Below, one piece after another: positions 1-10,129 of a stretch of DNA of 53,515 nucleotides; the stretch's first letter is position 1; every line of letters begins with the position of its first letter. The DNA is taken from NCBI GenBank assembly GCA_035558335.1, contig DATMCM010000399.1, forward strand, positions 1-53,515, given 5' to 3'. A model generated the notes under the pieces. The model was not told where the DNA came from, searched no databases, and saw only the letters and a program-made list of their open reading frames with translations. This stretch comes from Blastocatellia bacterium. GTDB taxonomy: Bacteria > Acidobacteriota > Blastocatellia > UBA7656. The position numbers and the translations under genes were made by a program.

Positions 1-129
1 TGACTATCGCACCAGACGCATAGGAAAGAAGCCGCGCTTGGGAGAACGGCTTAACCCGAGGCCGTAAGAAGACAGCAGGAAGCCTAGTGGTGCTGACGTG
101 GTCTAAGTCTATTTCAGGAGGTGAGTGTG

Positions 130-2265
130 ATGGCTAAGAGAGGGAGATCATTGCTAGAGAGCGCCTTTGGCGTGAAAACCATCCAGTCGAATTTGCTGAC
201 CGGCATTTCGATCCAGGAGGCCGAGCGAGGCATGGCATTGGTTGGCGTCTTGCTGATCTTGTCTTTGCTGCTGATGCTCGGCCTGGCCGTAACATTCACC
301 GCACTTTCCGACAAGTCAATCACCTCGAACTTCAAGAATCTGACGAGCGGATTCTACGCAGCAGAGGCCGGCGTAAACAATTTGCACCGCGTGCTTCGTA
401 ACGACAAGTTTATAATGGGCTCCTTGCCCAATCCGCCGAGAATTACACCTGGTGAGCCGACGCTCGACGCGTCCGCTTTTATCACTGCGGCCGAACAGGC
501 TTTCAACAAGCAGGAGAGATTTCCAAACGAAGCGGGCTACCGAACGAAGATAAAGATCAAAGACATCCAGATGCCTTACTCGGCATCGGATTTTGACCCA
601 GCGCATACCGGCAACCGTGTGCAGTTGATAAATCCGCTATATCCTCGGCTTGGTCAAGTCGAGCCTTACGCGATCTCATATCAGCTCGAGTCGGTGGGTG
701 AAGGGATCTCGGGTTTGAACGGCGCAGTGACGCTCGTAGAAGACGGCGTTTTGAACTTCAAGTTGTTGGTCAGAACCGACGGCGGAGGCATTCGGGTTGG
801 CAGTTTTTCGGAGTTCGCATTATTTCTGGATCACTTCGATCCTTACAATCCGGAAGGGCCTTTTATCTATCAAGGACTCGGACCGGGCGACAGGTTCGCC
901 GGCCGAGTGCATACGAACGAGCGGTTTGGTTTCTGGACACCGGCCGATGGAAGCGACGCACCAGCGTTTCGCGGCTACGTGACTCAGGTTTACAAGACAG
1001 CGAGCTACTATCGACACGCAGCGGGCTTTCCGCCGCCGCCGGTTGATGCAGACTCTGATGTCGTGGACGGCGTGCTGGTAGCGCCGAAGTTTCTCGCGGG
1101 GTTTGATCGAGGAGTGGACCCTATCCCTGCAACCGGTAACGCGTTCGATCAAGCGCGCGCGGTGCTCGATGGTGGCTACGCGCTGTCGGCCGGCCCGCCA
1201 TCAGACGGCGAGCTGCACAAGGCGCTTCGGCTCGCAAACGACTTGGGCAGTGAGCTCGCCGAGCCAAAGGACCCGACGTCTACAACCCCAACCCTTGCGC
1301 AAGGCGTCTATGTTCCGTCGGATGGCGAAAGCCTGTCTGGGAGCGGATTCTATGTTATGGGCAATGTGGACGAAATCACATTGAGCGCGGATCCTTCGGG
1401 CAACCGACAAATCATCAGAATCAGACAGGGCAACCAGACAACTGCGATCGTTATCGACATGGACTCAGGTACGACTACCATCGATGCCGGCAACGGCACC
1501 CGGACGCTTCGAGGGGTTCCGAAGGACCGCTCGATCGTTGACAACGGAAATCGCGCGGCTGCGTCTCTGTATGTTCGCGGCGACGTCGCGTCGCTTCACG
1601 GGCCCGGTCGCGACAATAACGCTCAGCCGATACCTGCGATCGATTCGAACTTTGCTGTGACCGTTACTGCAGGCGGATCTCCGACTGGCAACGCCAGGAT
1701 TCCCGTCGCCGGTGGAAGCTTGACGCTTACAGGCGACCTGACCTATGAAACACCTGTCGCAGACGCTGCCGGGAACCCGATCAATACCGACGCGAACAAC
1801 GTACTTGGAATCTTCGCTTCCGGTGGCAACATCAACATCCCGAGCGACGGACGCGCACCCGATAACCTGACCGTTCATGCTTCGATGGCAGCCTTCGAGT
1901 TGAAGGACTCGCAGGGGAATTCGATTCTGGGGCCGAATGGAACGCCGTGGGGTGGGCGCGTCCGCTCAGACACCAGCAATTTCGAAAACAAGCCTTTTCG
2001 AGGGAACTTCAACCTCGTTGGCGGAATGCAGTCCACTAACTATGACAACTTGGGAGTGTACGACGGCAAGTTCCACGGTTATATGTATAAAGGTAAATGG
2101 GACTCACGATACGACAGGGGGCAGTCGCCGCCATTCTACCCCGGCTACGTAGTTGACAGCGGTGGACCCACTGGTGAGCCTACTGTGAAAGCGCAGACCA
2201 ACAGCCCCCAGGTGTTGTCGTACAAACGGGTCTATTACGGAAGCGCTGCGGTTAGCGGACGTTGA
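130..2265 (+). CDS. PilX N-terminal domain-containing pilus/pseudopilus assembly protein (large, about 711 aa)
   Basis: ORF 121..2265. AGGAGG at 116-121 lies 8 nt before in-frame ATG 130. The N-terminus ERGMALVGVLLILSLLLMLGLAVTFTAL followed by YAAEAGV matches the PilX_N hydrophobic segment pattern. The rest is a long Gly/Asn/Thr/Asp-rich extracellular-type region. Confidence 0.6.
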   Translation: MAKRGRSLLESAFGVKTIQSNLLTGISIQEAERGMALVGVLLILSLLLMLGLAVTFTALSDKSITSNFKNLTSGFYAAEAGVNNLHRVLRNDKFIMGSLPNPPRITPGEPTLDASAFITAAEQAFNKQERFPNEAGYRTKIKIKDIQMPYSASDFDPAHTGNRVQLINPLYPRLGQVEPYAISYQLESVGEGISGLNGAVTLVEDGVLNFKLLVRTDGGGIRVGSFSEFALFLDHFDPYNPEGPFIYQGLGPGDRFAGRVHTNERFGFWTPADGSDAPAFRGYVTQVYKTASYYRHAAGFPPPPVDADSDVVDGVLVAPKFLAGFDRGVDPIPATGNAFDQARAVLDGGYALSAGPPSDGELHKALRLANDLGSELAEPKDPTSTTPTLAQGVYVPSDGESLSGSGFYVMGNVDEITLSADPSGNRQIIRIRQGNQTTAIVIDMDSGTTTIDAGNGTRTLRGVPKDRSIVDNGNRAAASLYVRGDVASLHGPGRDNNAQPIPAIDSNFAVTVTAGGSPTGNARIPVAGGSLTLTGDLTYETPVADAAGNPINTDANNVLGIFASGGNINIPSDGRAPDNLTVHASMAAFELKDSQGNSILGPNGTPWGGRVRSDTSNFENKPFRGNFNLVGGMQSTNYDNLGVYDGKFHGYMYKGKWDSRYDRGQSPPFYPGYVVDSGGPTGEPTVKAQTNSPQVLSYKRVYYGSAAVSGR

Positions 2266-2321
2266 CCGACATTACGTGACAGGTCGCCCGGAAGGCTCGA
2301 CACCAGTTCCCTAGTCCGCGA

Positions 2322-4319
2322 TCAACTCGTCGCTGGCAATATGATCTCGAAAGTCGAGCCGACTCCCACCTCGCTATCGAAGCGAATACTCCCGTTGTGA
2401 AGCTGGATCGCTCGGAACGCCTGAGCCAAGCCTATTCCCGTACCGCCCTTCTTAGTTGTGTAGTAGAGATTGAATATCCGATCCCGCCCTTCTTCTCCGA
2501 TGCCGACTCCTCGATCCGTAATCCCGACCCGAGCCGAGCCATCGGCCGCCCGCGAAGTCGTCACCTTCAACGGGCCTCCCTCGGGCATCGCCTGACACCC
2601 ATTGATAATGATGTTGAGAAGAACTTGGGTTAGCATATCAGAGTCGCCCTTTATGAGAAGCGGTGCGGGGCTCAGATGGGTGTTGATTGTGACACCCATC
2701 TCCTCGGCTTCTGTTGAAGCAAGTGTGGCAACCTGGCTAACGATTGAATTCAGATCCAACGGCTCAAGGTGAATGTCGATTGGCCGCGTGAAGTTCAGGA
2801 ATGTCTGGACCACTCGGTCGAGCCGCTTGATCTCCGAATCCAGGATCTCGAGGTGAGGCTTAGGGTCTGACGAACCCGAATCGAGCTTCGAGCGGAGAAT
2901 CTCCAGGTGAATCACCATCGCGTTCAAAGGGTTCTTGACCTCGTGCGCGATTCCGGACGTAATACGGCCCAAATCTGCAAGCTTCTTAGAGAGGTCCCAT
3001 TGCGACTCGTACTTTCGAAAAGACTCGTAGTCGCGGATGCTCACCAGAACGCCCACCGGCTCACCAGCGTCCTCGATGTATTGAACTGACGCGAGGAGTT
3101 GACGCGTCCGTTCGCCGTCAGGAACGAGCAAGGTCCTTCGCGGAATCGAGCGCCGTTCTCCGAACGAGCGCTCTATAACCTCGATCAGCGGGTGATCACG
3201 ACCGAGAGTCTCATCGATCGGAAGGCCGGTCAGTTCCGTATTGTGTACTCCAAGAATCTGTTCAGCGTCGGGGCTGGCTAGCATCACGCGTCCCTCACGG
3301 TTGATCAGAAGCAGGCGTTCCTCTAGATGACTAACGACCTGCCTGAGCCGTCCCCTCATTATCTCAAGCTCGCTGCGTTCCCCCGCCATCCTTTCGCCTA
3401 GTTGCCTCAATCTCGTCGTCACTCCGGTGACCATCTGGTCGGGGGGCAATCGTACGCCGCTGCTCGCAGCAGATTCTTCTGCGAGCCCAAGCCGGTCGAT
3501 ACTGGTTGAGATAACTTCCAGCGGCTGCAGTAACAGGTTTGTTGAGCCGATGGCGACGATCGTCGCTCCCAGGATAGCAAGCAGACCGATCACCAGGTTG
3601 GTGGCGATTGGATTGAGCAACTCGTTCTTGACTGCAGCTGCAGAGACGCCGATGTGAAGCACAGAAGAAAAACCATTCCTGTTACTCTCAACCGGCCTGG
3701 TTCCTGTGTCTCTGTCTTCGATTCGCTCGATTCGCTTTGAGTACTCGTAAATAGGCGCGCCGAACAAGACCCTCGCGAGTTGAATGTACCCGCTCTGCCC
3801 AGCAAGCTGGTTCAGGTCGGGCCGGTCTATGTCGCCTATCATATGCTTGTTGGCGGCAAGCTCCCTGTGCCCTTCTTTATCCGCGATTATCTGGCCGCTC
3901 GGACTGGTGAGGTAAAGATACGTGATCGTTCGCGAGTAAGCGATTGTTGATTCCATTAAGCCGCGAACCGGCGACCGGTCGCTGACTAGAGCCTCGTAAT
4001 CGTCCAGTGGCTCGACTGAGCTCTTCTGACCGAGTTCCTGCTGGACCGCGTAAGCGATTTGACCCGAAACCTGGTTGGCCTGTTCGGTTGTCCGGCTGAC
4101 GATGACGCCCGTCAGATGAGCGATGTTGATGACAGTGGTAACGATTACGACCAACGCAACCAAAAAAGTGATACGCGTGATCTGACGTGCGCGAACGCCG
4201 AGGCGTGGCCACCACGAACTACCCGTGTCCGCCGCGGCGCGTTCGAGCCTTTCATCTCGGCGCGGTTGTGTCTCGGCTGCTAACGTCGTAGCCATTTGAA
4301 ATGATGGATGCTGAAACAA
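2322..4319 (-). CDS. sensor histidine kinase (TM sensor - HAMP/PAS - HisKA - HATPase_c), NtrB/AtoS-like
   Basis: 665-aa ORF with TM segments ITFLVALVVIVTTVINIAHL and LVIGLLAILGATIVAIGS. H-box ITSGIAHEVKNPLNAM and C-terminal ATPase motifs (GGTGIGLAQA). It lies 42 nt downstream of the co-directional NtrC-type regulator gene. Confidence 0.9.
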   Translation of the reverse strand: MFQHPSFQMATTLAAETQPRRDERLERAAADTGSSWWPRLGVRARQITRITFLVALVVIVTTVINIAHLTGVIVSRTTEQANQVSGQIAYAVQQELGQKSSVEPLDDYEALVSDRSPVRGLMESTIAYSRTITYLYLTSPSGQIIADKEGHRELAANKHMIGDIDRPDLNQLAGQSGYIQLARVLFGAPIYEYSKRIERIEDRDTGTRPVESNRNGFSSVLHIGVSAAAVKNELLNPIATNLVIGLLAILGATIVAIGSTNLLLQPLEVISTSIDRLGLAEESAASSGVRLPPDQMVTGVTTRLRQLGERMAGERSELEIMRGRLRQVVSHLEERLLLINREGRVMLASPDAEQILGVHNTELTGLPIDETLGRDHPLIEVIERSFGERRSIPRRTLLVPDGERTRQLLASVQYIEDAGEPVGVLVSIRDYESFRKYESQWDLSKKLADLGRITSGIAHEVKNPLNAMVIHLEILRSKLDSGSSDPKPHLEILDSEIKRLDRVVQTFLNFTRPIDIHLEPLDLNSIVSQVATLASTEAEEMGVTINTHLSPAPLLIKGDSDMLTQVLLNIIINGCQAMPEGGPLKVTTSRAADGSARVGITDRGVGIGEEGRDRIFNLYYTTKKGGTGIGLAQAFRAIQLHNGSIRFDSEVGVGSTFEIILPATS

Positions 4320-4361
4320 ACGGCGATCGCGGTGACCGCTATCTGCGACTTACGATCGAGT

Positions 4362-5741
4362 TTAGTCCAGTTGCTCCTCGCCGGCCTCTCTGTAAGCCTT
4401 CAGCTTGTTGTGAAGCGTTTTCAGGCTTATTTGTAGAGTTTCGGCCGTTCGCGTTTTGTTGTAGTCGCTGCGCGCCAACGTGCCGAGTATGACCCGGCGC
4501 TCGACCTCATCCAGCGGCATGCCTATCGGTATTGTCACTGCATCAGCTGTGGGCGATGGTCTCGATCCGCTGATGTGCAGAGGCAAATGGCGCTTGTCGA
4601 TTATCTCTCCTTCGCAAATGACGACCGCGCGCTCGATGACGTTTCGAAGCTCCCGAACGTTTCCGGGCCAGTTATGGCCAAATAGGACTTCCATCGCCTC
4701 TGGTGAGATGAGCCTCGCGCTCTTGGTGTGACGGCGGCTCAACTCCTCGATCATGTGCTGAACAAGCAACGGTATGTCGTCGAGGTGATCGCGCAACGGG
4801 GGCAGCTTGATTGTAATGACGTTCAATCGGTACAGCAAGTCCTCCCTCAGCGCGCCTTCCTGGACTCGCTGATACGGATCTTTATTGGTCGCGGCAATGA
4901 CTCGAACGTCCACGCTGGTCTCTTTGGCCGATCCAAGTCTCCTGACCAGCTTGTCTTCCAGCACGCGCAACAGTTTGGCCTGAAGCAGGAACGGCATCTC
5001 GGCGATCTCGTCAAGCAGTAGCGTTCCGTTGTTCGCCAGTTCAAAACAGCCGATCCGCCGGCCGGCCGCTCCAGTGAACGCGCCTTTCTCATGCCCGAAC
5101 AATTCGGATTCCATTAGCGTCTCGGGCACCGCGGCGCAATTGATGGCGATGAACGGCAGGTTGGCTCGCGGACTGAGCTTGTGAATCGTACGCGCGACCA
5201 TTTCTTTGCCAGTGCCAGATTCACCGGTAACCAGGACTGAAACCGCGCTGGGAGCGACTTGCTCGATGAGAGTGTATACATCGCGCATCGCGTCCGAGCT
5301 TCCCACCATATCGCCGAACGCTCCGTACTGCCGAAGCTGGCGCCGAAGCACTTCGTTCTCACGGCGGGCGCTGCTGTACTCGGCTGCTTTCTTCAGCACT
5401 AGCTGAAGCTTGCGCATATCGATCGGCTTTTCGAAGTAATAGAACGCGCCCTCGTCTTTCACCGAACGAATCGCCGCGTCAATCGAGCCCTGTCCGGTTA
5501 AAAGAATCACTGCGGTTTCGGGATAGTCCTGGCGGAGGTGAGCCAGGAGTTTGAAACCGTCAATGTGCGGCATGACGACATCAGTGATCACAACCAGCGG
5601 GGCGAAGCTATCGACTTTTTCTTTAGCCTCGCGGCCATCGCCGGCGGTCTCCGTAACGTAGCCCCAATTGGCGACCAGTTCGCTCAGCCCCTGCCGAGCG
5701 GCCGCTTCGTCGTCGACTATTAGCACGCGTTGATCTGGCAT
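4362..5741 (-). CDS. sigma-54-dependent response regulator (NtrC/AtoC family)
   Basis: 459-aa ORF with receiver domain (RVLIVDDE...VITDVVMP). AAA+ domain has Walker A GESGTGKE and an intact GAFTGA loop. C-terminal Fis-type HTH ([19 protein letters not shown]). Confidence 0.93.
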   Translation of the reverse strand: MPDQRVLIVDDEAAARQGLSELVANWGYVTETAGDGREAKEKVDSFAPLVVITDVVMPHIDGFKLLAHLRQDYPETAVILLTGQGSIDAAIRSVKDEGAFYYFEKPIDMRKLQLVLKKAAEYSSARRENEVLRRQLRQYGAFGDMVGSSDAMRDVYTLIEQVAPSAVSVLVTGESGTGKEMVARTIHKLSPRANLPFIAINCAAVPETLMESELFGHEKGAFTGAAGRRIGCFELANNGTLLLDEIAEMPFLLQAKLLRVLEDKLVRRLGSAKETSVDVRVIAATNKDPYQRVQEGALREDLLYRLNVITIKLPPLRDHLDDIPLLVQHMIEELSRRHTKSARLISPEAMEVLFGHNWPGNVRELRNVIERAVVICEGEIIDKRHLPLHISGSRPSPTADAVTIPIGMPLDEVERRVILGTLARSDYNKTRTAETLQISLKTLHNKLKAYREAGEEQLD

Positions 5742-5902
5742 AGAATCGAAGAGTCTAGCACATCAAAAATAAACGGGCCGCTTTGGCCTTGGAAGTCTGC
5801 GATTTAGCGGTTAGCCGGTGAGGATTGCCCGAGGTCCCTGCAAGGGTTGCCTCGCAGAGAGCTTTGTTGTCTTCAGCTCTTAACAATCCGAGCGTTGACC
5901 AT

Positions 5903-6271
5903 TTATTCGTCGTCGTAGGACCAGCGCTCGATCAGAACGTCCATCTGTCCGCCGCACACCATGCCCTCCGCGTCCTCGTATTCGTCGGCCAGATTGAAAT
6001 GATAGATGTCCGCTTGGCCGGAGCGAAGAACTTCTCGAGCTTCCGCCCAAATGTCAGCTTCAACACATCCGCCGCCAACCGTTCCGATAAATGAGCCGTC
6101 ATCGAAGATCACCATCTTCGCGCCAACTTGCTGCGGCGTCGAGCCGCGAGTCTTCACAACCGTCGCCATCGCAGCCTGGGCGCCTTGATCGAGCCGCCTC
6201 TTCATCTCCAGATAGATCTCGGCGGCGCTCAATGATCGGCCTTGAACAATCTCTTCTTGCGTGCTCGACAT
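5903..6271 (-). CDS. XdhC/CoxI family N-terminal-domain protein (standalone)
   Basis: 122-aa ORF. ATVVKTRGSTPQQVGAKMVIFDDGSFIGTVGGGCVEADI and MVCGGQMDVLIE match the XdhC_CoxI N-domain pattern. No XdhC C-terminal (Rossmann-like) domain follows. Confidence 0.7.
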   Translation of the reverse strand: MSSTQEEIVQGRSLSAAEIYLEMKRRLDQGAQAAMATVVKTRGSTPQQVGAKMVIFDDGSFIGTVGGGCVEADIWAEAREVLRSGQADIYHFNLADEYEDAEGMVCGGQMDVLIERWSYDDE

Positions 6272-6405
6272 CGTGATGCTCCGTGAGCCCGGATTATATA
6301 AGCTGTGCGTCTAAGTTGGGAAGCCAACGAGACATCGCACTTCAACCGAAGCTCGGCGCTGACGCGCTACAATTATTCTCACTGGCGGACGGCCTGAGCA
6401 CTCCA

Positions 6406-8532
6406 TCATTGAGCCTTGTCGAGTGTCGTCGACCTGCGCTGCGCGTTCAGCGCTTCATCGATCGCCTGCTGCGCCGCAAGGAAGTTCGGCTGTAGATCGA
6501 GCGCGGCCTTGAATGACTCGATCGCTTGCTGATTTCGACCAGTGGCGGCGAGGTACCGGCCGCGATTGTAGAGCATACCCACATAGACGGGAATGACCTT
6601 GACCTTGACTACATCATCGACCTCGAATCTAACAGAGCCGTCGGCTAGCCCGCGAGTTACGAGTTGCGACTCGCTTAAGTGAACTGGCGCGCCCTTCTCG
6701 GCGACCTGAAAGACCAAACCTTGCGGCACAAATTGATAAGTATCCGAGAGCCATTTCGTCAACTCGGCGTCCGCGCCCTCGCGATTAATCGCGAGGTCTT
6801 GAGTCACGTAAACGGGCGCCTGGCGCAGGTGGTCGATCACGAACGCGATAATCATCTCGTAAAACCGCGAGTTGATTCGCTGATTCAGCGTGACGTCCCG
6901 CTGATAAAGGTCCGGGTCCTGCTCCCAGTGCGTTAAATCTTCGAGAAATGCATCAACCTTGTCGCGAGCCTGTTCGATCATGGCCGGATAAGCTCGCCTC
7001 AGATGGTCGAAGTACCACGAGCGGCGAAGCTGGTTTATGTCGATCGCAACTACATCGTTTCGGGTGCGCTCGATTTCATGCACGTAAATCATCGGCGAGT
7101 AGACTTGCCAGTCGCGAGTCAGCAACATCCCTCCTGGCTCGATCGCGTTGAAGATGTTCTCAATATAGTCGTGAGCAATAAAATATCGACTTCGGTTATT
7201 GAACGGCAGATTGCCAATAAACGCGAGAGTTGGTGCGAGCAACAAGATTAGGGACACCGCGGCAACTGAAGTCTTGATGGGAAATCGGGTGGCGAGTAGC
7301 TCGCGGGTGAGCAGCCATTCGCCAACGAACGAACTGGCGACCGCCATGCCCACGAACGCCGGAAGATAGTATGCATCTTTGTCTTCCGCGATTTGGTAGC
7401 TGGTGGCATAGATCACATCGCAAGCGATCACCAGGCCTAGGAACCAGAAGGCGGTTCTATCTCGCTTGAACAGAGCGACCAATCCAAGAAAGCATGACAG
7501 CAGGCCCACGGAAATGAACCAGGGCCCAAACTCGCTTCCAACCAGCCTTGCGAACTCACCGAGTTCGTGTCCCATCCGTTCCGAAGAAAAAGTAAAGAAA
7601 ACTTGATACTGCCTGCCGGTTATGTGCCACCAGAACCGTTGAAACGTTTGCGGATCTCCCCAATTCACTGTCGGCGAATGTGATGCAGACAGCGGGAGAT
7701 AAGCATAGATGCCGAGCCCGGCGATGGAGTAGATTGCGGCCCGGAACAATCTCTTACCTCGGAAGAACGCCAGGCCTTCAGTCGCCAACACCAGCCACGC
7801 AAGTGCGGGGAGCATCAGCCCGACGCTCACGTGATGGACTCCGAGCCCAAGGCCGAATAAGAAGGCCGCGACGTTCAGCCAGCGATCGTGCTTGCTGGCG
7901 AGGTTGGCTGCGGGTGGCCGCGTCGCATCCAAGATGATCAGGCGGCGCCAGTGAAGCATCAGAAGAAAAATGCCTGTTATCAGCAATGTGTTCAGCGTAT
8001 AAACTTCGGCTATCGTAGCGTACGCCCAAAGAGTTCTTGAGAAAGCGAACAGCAGACCTGATGCGAGACAAGCTACCAGCCCGATTGGGTGCGCGGCTAG
8101 ATCAAGAATATTCGACTCGTGCCTCTTGGATCGGTTCGCAGCCGAAGGCTTCTTACCTCTGCGATCTGGCTTTTGTTGGTCGGCTCTAGCTCGAACAAGT
8201 CTTGCTGTCAGAAGAGCTTCGGAGACGACCAGCGTAAGAGCCGCCGAACCCAGCGCAGCAAAGACAGCCGACGCGGCATTTACTCGGACCGCGACCGAAC
8301 CGATGGGAATCAAGGTGGCGAGATGAGCCAGCAACAGGTAAAGCGGAAAACCGGGCGGATGTGCCACGCCCAGTGTTCGTGCGGCTACGATCAGTTCACC
8401 GCTGTCAACGAGAGTGACCGTCGGCGCAAGCGTTAACAGATAGGTCGCAAGCGAAACGACAAGTACCGTGCCCGCGCAACAGAGCCGCGCCGTCCGCGAT
8501 TCAAGCCGAAGCCAGCCCGAACCCACGCTCAT
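6406..8532 (-). CDS. DUF2723 domain-containing GT-C-type membrane protein (TMEM260-like putative protein O-glycosyl/mannosyltransferase) with C-terminal TPR
   Basis: 708-aa polytopic ORF. The N-terminal motif TVTLVDSGELIVAARTLGVAHPPGFPLYLLL is typical of DUF2723. The soluble C-terminal part ends in a TPR-like segment (YNRGRYLAATGRNQQAIESFKAALDLQPNF). Its ATG overlaps the stop of the upstream gene (ATGA at 8529-8532). Confidence 0.8.
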   Translation of the reverse strand: MSVGSGWLRLESRTARLCCAGTVLVVSLATYLLTLAPTVTLVDSGELIVAARTLGVAHPPGFPLYLLLAHLATLIPIGSVAVRVNAASAVFAALGSAALTLVVSEALLTARLVRARADQQKPDRRGKKPSAANRSKRHESNILDLAAHPIGLVACLASGLLFAFSRTLWAYATIAEVYTLNTLLITGIFLLMLHWRRLIILDATRPPAANLASKHDRWLNVAAFLFGLGLGVHHVSVGLMLPALAWLVLATEGLAFFRGKRLFRAAIYSIAGLGIYAYLPLSASHSPTVNWGDPQTFQRFWWHITGRQYQVFFTFSSERMGHELGEFARLVGSEFGPWFISVGLLSCFLGLVALFKRDRTAFWFLGLVIACDVIYATSYQIAEDKDAYYLPAFVGMAVASSFVGEWLLTRELLATRFPIKTSVAAVSLILLLAPTLAFIGNLPFNNRSRYFIAHDYIENIFNAIEPGGMLLTRDWQVYSPMIYVHEIERTRNDVVAIDINQLRRSWYFDHLRRAYPAMIEQARDKVDAFLEDLTHWEQDPDLYQRDVTLNQRINSRFYEMIIAFVIDHLRQAPVYVTQDLAINREGADAELTKWLSDTYQFVPQGLVFQVAEKGAPVHLSESQLVTRGLADGSVRFEVDDVVKVKVIPVYVGMLYNRGRYLAATGRNQQAIESFKAALDLQPNFLAAQQAIDEALNAQRRSTTLDKAQ

Positions 8533-9272
8533 CCCTTCGCTCCCGCTTTTTTGTAGCTTGTGAAGCGAACCTTGACCACCACTCGCGTCGAGCGCCGGCC
8601 AACGCGTACATCGTCATCAGCCGAAGTGTAGGCGGGAAACCAATACTTGTCGTGGTTCTGAAAGTAGGTCTCGAATCTCGGTGTGCGGTGCGCGTTTTGC
8701 TCGGGCAGCGCCTCGCCTGCGACTTTGACGACGCAGAGATCCTGATCGTCGATCCAAACACGACCCTTCAGGTATCGCTCGTCGCTCTTGTCGGGATCAG
8801 GCAGCTTCACTCTTGGCTTCACGTCGAAGACATAAGTGTTCAGCTCATCGATGCGTTCTCGGCCCACGTAGCTTAACTCATACTGGTTGAGAGTCTCGGG
8901 CGTGATGATGAACTGATAAACGCGCGTCAGATTGTTCGCGGCGTTCGTGCCGATGTATACGCCTGTGGGCAGAGTCGACGTGTTCTCGATGACCTTTTCC
9001 TGCCTAGTTCCATCTTTGCCATAGGAGATTTGAGAAAAGCGGTAGTATTTGCCGGTTATCGTCTCCGACTGGCTAACGGTTTCAATTGTAAGTTCGGCAT
9101 AGTAGGAAAACTCGCGCAGTGCCTGAAGTGTTTCTTTGCCATGTTGAGCTGCGCTGGCGAGTATCTCGGACGGTGATTGTGAAGGATTCTGGCGGGCGCT
9201 CGCGCCGGCGAGCCGTGAACTGGCGCTCGAAATCAAAACCGCTATCGTGATCAACAGGGTCAGATAACGCAT
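8529..9272 (-). CDS. secreted protein, paralog 2 of tandem pair (tentatively LolA-like / outer-membrane lipoprotein-sorting fold)
   Basis: 247-aa ORF with signal peptide MRYLTLLITIAVLISSASS. It shares long conserved blocks with ORF 9290..10129 (YELSYVGRERIDELNTYVFDVKP; ERYLKGRVWIDDQDLCVVKVAGEALPE; YWFPAYTSADD). Confidence 0.75.
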   Translation of the reverse strand: MRYLTLLITIAVLISSASSRLAGASARQNPSQSPSEILASAAQHGKETLQALREFSYYAELTIETVSQSETITGKYYRFSQISYGKDGTRQEKVIENTSTLPTGVYIGTNAANNLTRVYQFIITPETLNQYELSYVGRERIDELNTYVFDVKPRVKLPDPDKSDERYLKGRVWIDDQDLCVVKVAGEALPEQNAHRTPRFETYFQNHDKYWFPAYTSADDDVRVGRRSTRVVVKVRFTSYKKAGAKG

Positions 9273-9289
9273 CGCGGCAGTTTTTCAAG

Positions 9290-10129
9290 TCAGGGACGCT
9301 TTTTAATCTCCGGGGCAGGCGGCTTTACCGGCGCCGGCTTCTTTGTCTCCGTAGACTTTACGTCTTCGTCTGTCGCGGGCTCGCCTTCGTCAGCTACCCT
9401 GATTTTACCGCCGAATTTCTTGTAATTCGTATACCTCACGACGACACGGAGGTGAACGCTTGGACCCTTCTTGAACTCCAGCACATCGTCGGCGTAGACA
9501 TAAGTCGGAAACCAGTATCGGCCGTCGATGTTCTCACGATAGCTCTCAAAGTGCGGGAACTTTTGATTGTTTACCTCGGGCACAGCCTGGCCCGCCACCT
9601 TCACGATTTGGAGATCGCGGTCATCTACCCAGATTTTTCCTCGCAGGTAGCGTTCTCCCTTGATGATCTGCTTGGGCTTCACATCAAACAAATAGGTCGT
9701 TAGCTCGTCGATCTTCTCTTTTCCGATATAGTCGATCTGGTACTTGGGTAAGTCGTCTGTCGTAAGCGCAAACGGTTGCACTCCGGCGAGGTCCTGCATG
9801 TCTTCTTGCGTTAACGAGACTTCGGTCAAGCTGGACGGCGGGAAGAATGTTATGCGCTCGATGCGATTGCTGCGATCATCGAACACGATGTCGGAAGTTC
9901 GGCGCATTCGGCCAGTGATTGAGCCCCCCGCGCCGATGGTCATAATGTCGATGTCTTGAGTGAAAGTGTAATTATTGCGCGCGATCTTGTTCTGAGTTTC
10001 ACCTGCGGTGAAGCGACGGATTATCTCTTCGGGCCCGGGCTGCGAGCCTGTCTGCGCTGTCTGAAAGCCCAACGCCGAACCATAAAGAAGTGCCGACATT
10101 ATCAACAGACTGGTGGTTCTCGGTAGCAT
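9290..10129 (-). CDS. secreted protein, paralog 1 of tandem pair (tentatively LolA-like fold) with Pro/Lys-rich C-terminal tail
   Basis: 279-aa ORF with signal peptide. Conserved blocks: YQIDYIGKEKIDELTTYLFDVKP; ERYLRGKIWVDDRDLQIVKVAGQAVPE; YWFPTYVYADD. C-terminal tail is TETKKPAPVKPPAPEIKKRP. Confidence 0.75.
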   Translation of the reverse strand: MLPRTTSLLIMSALLYGSALGFQTAQTGSQPGPEEIIRRFTAGETQNKIARNNYTFTQDIDIMTIGAGGSITGRMRRTSDIVFDDRSNRIERITFFPPSSLTEVSLTQEDMQDLAGVQPFALTTDDLPKYQIDYIGKEKIDELTTYLFDVKPKQIIKGERYLRGKIWVDDRDLQIVKVAGQAVPEVNNQKFPHFESYRENIDGRYWFPTYVYADDVLEFKKGPSVHLRVVVRYTNYKKFGGKIRVADEGEPATDEDVKSTETKKPAPVKPPAPEIKKRP

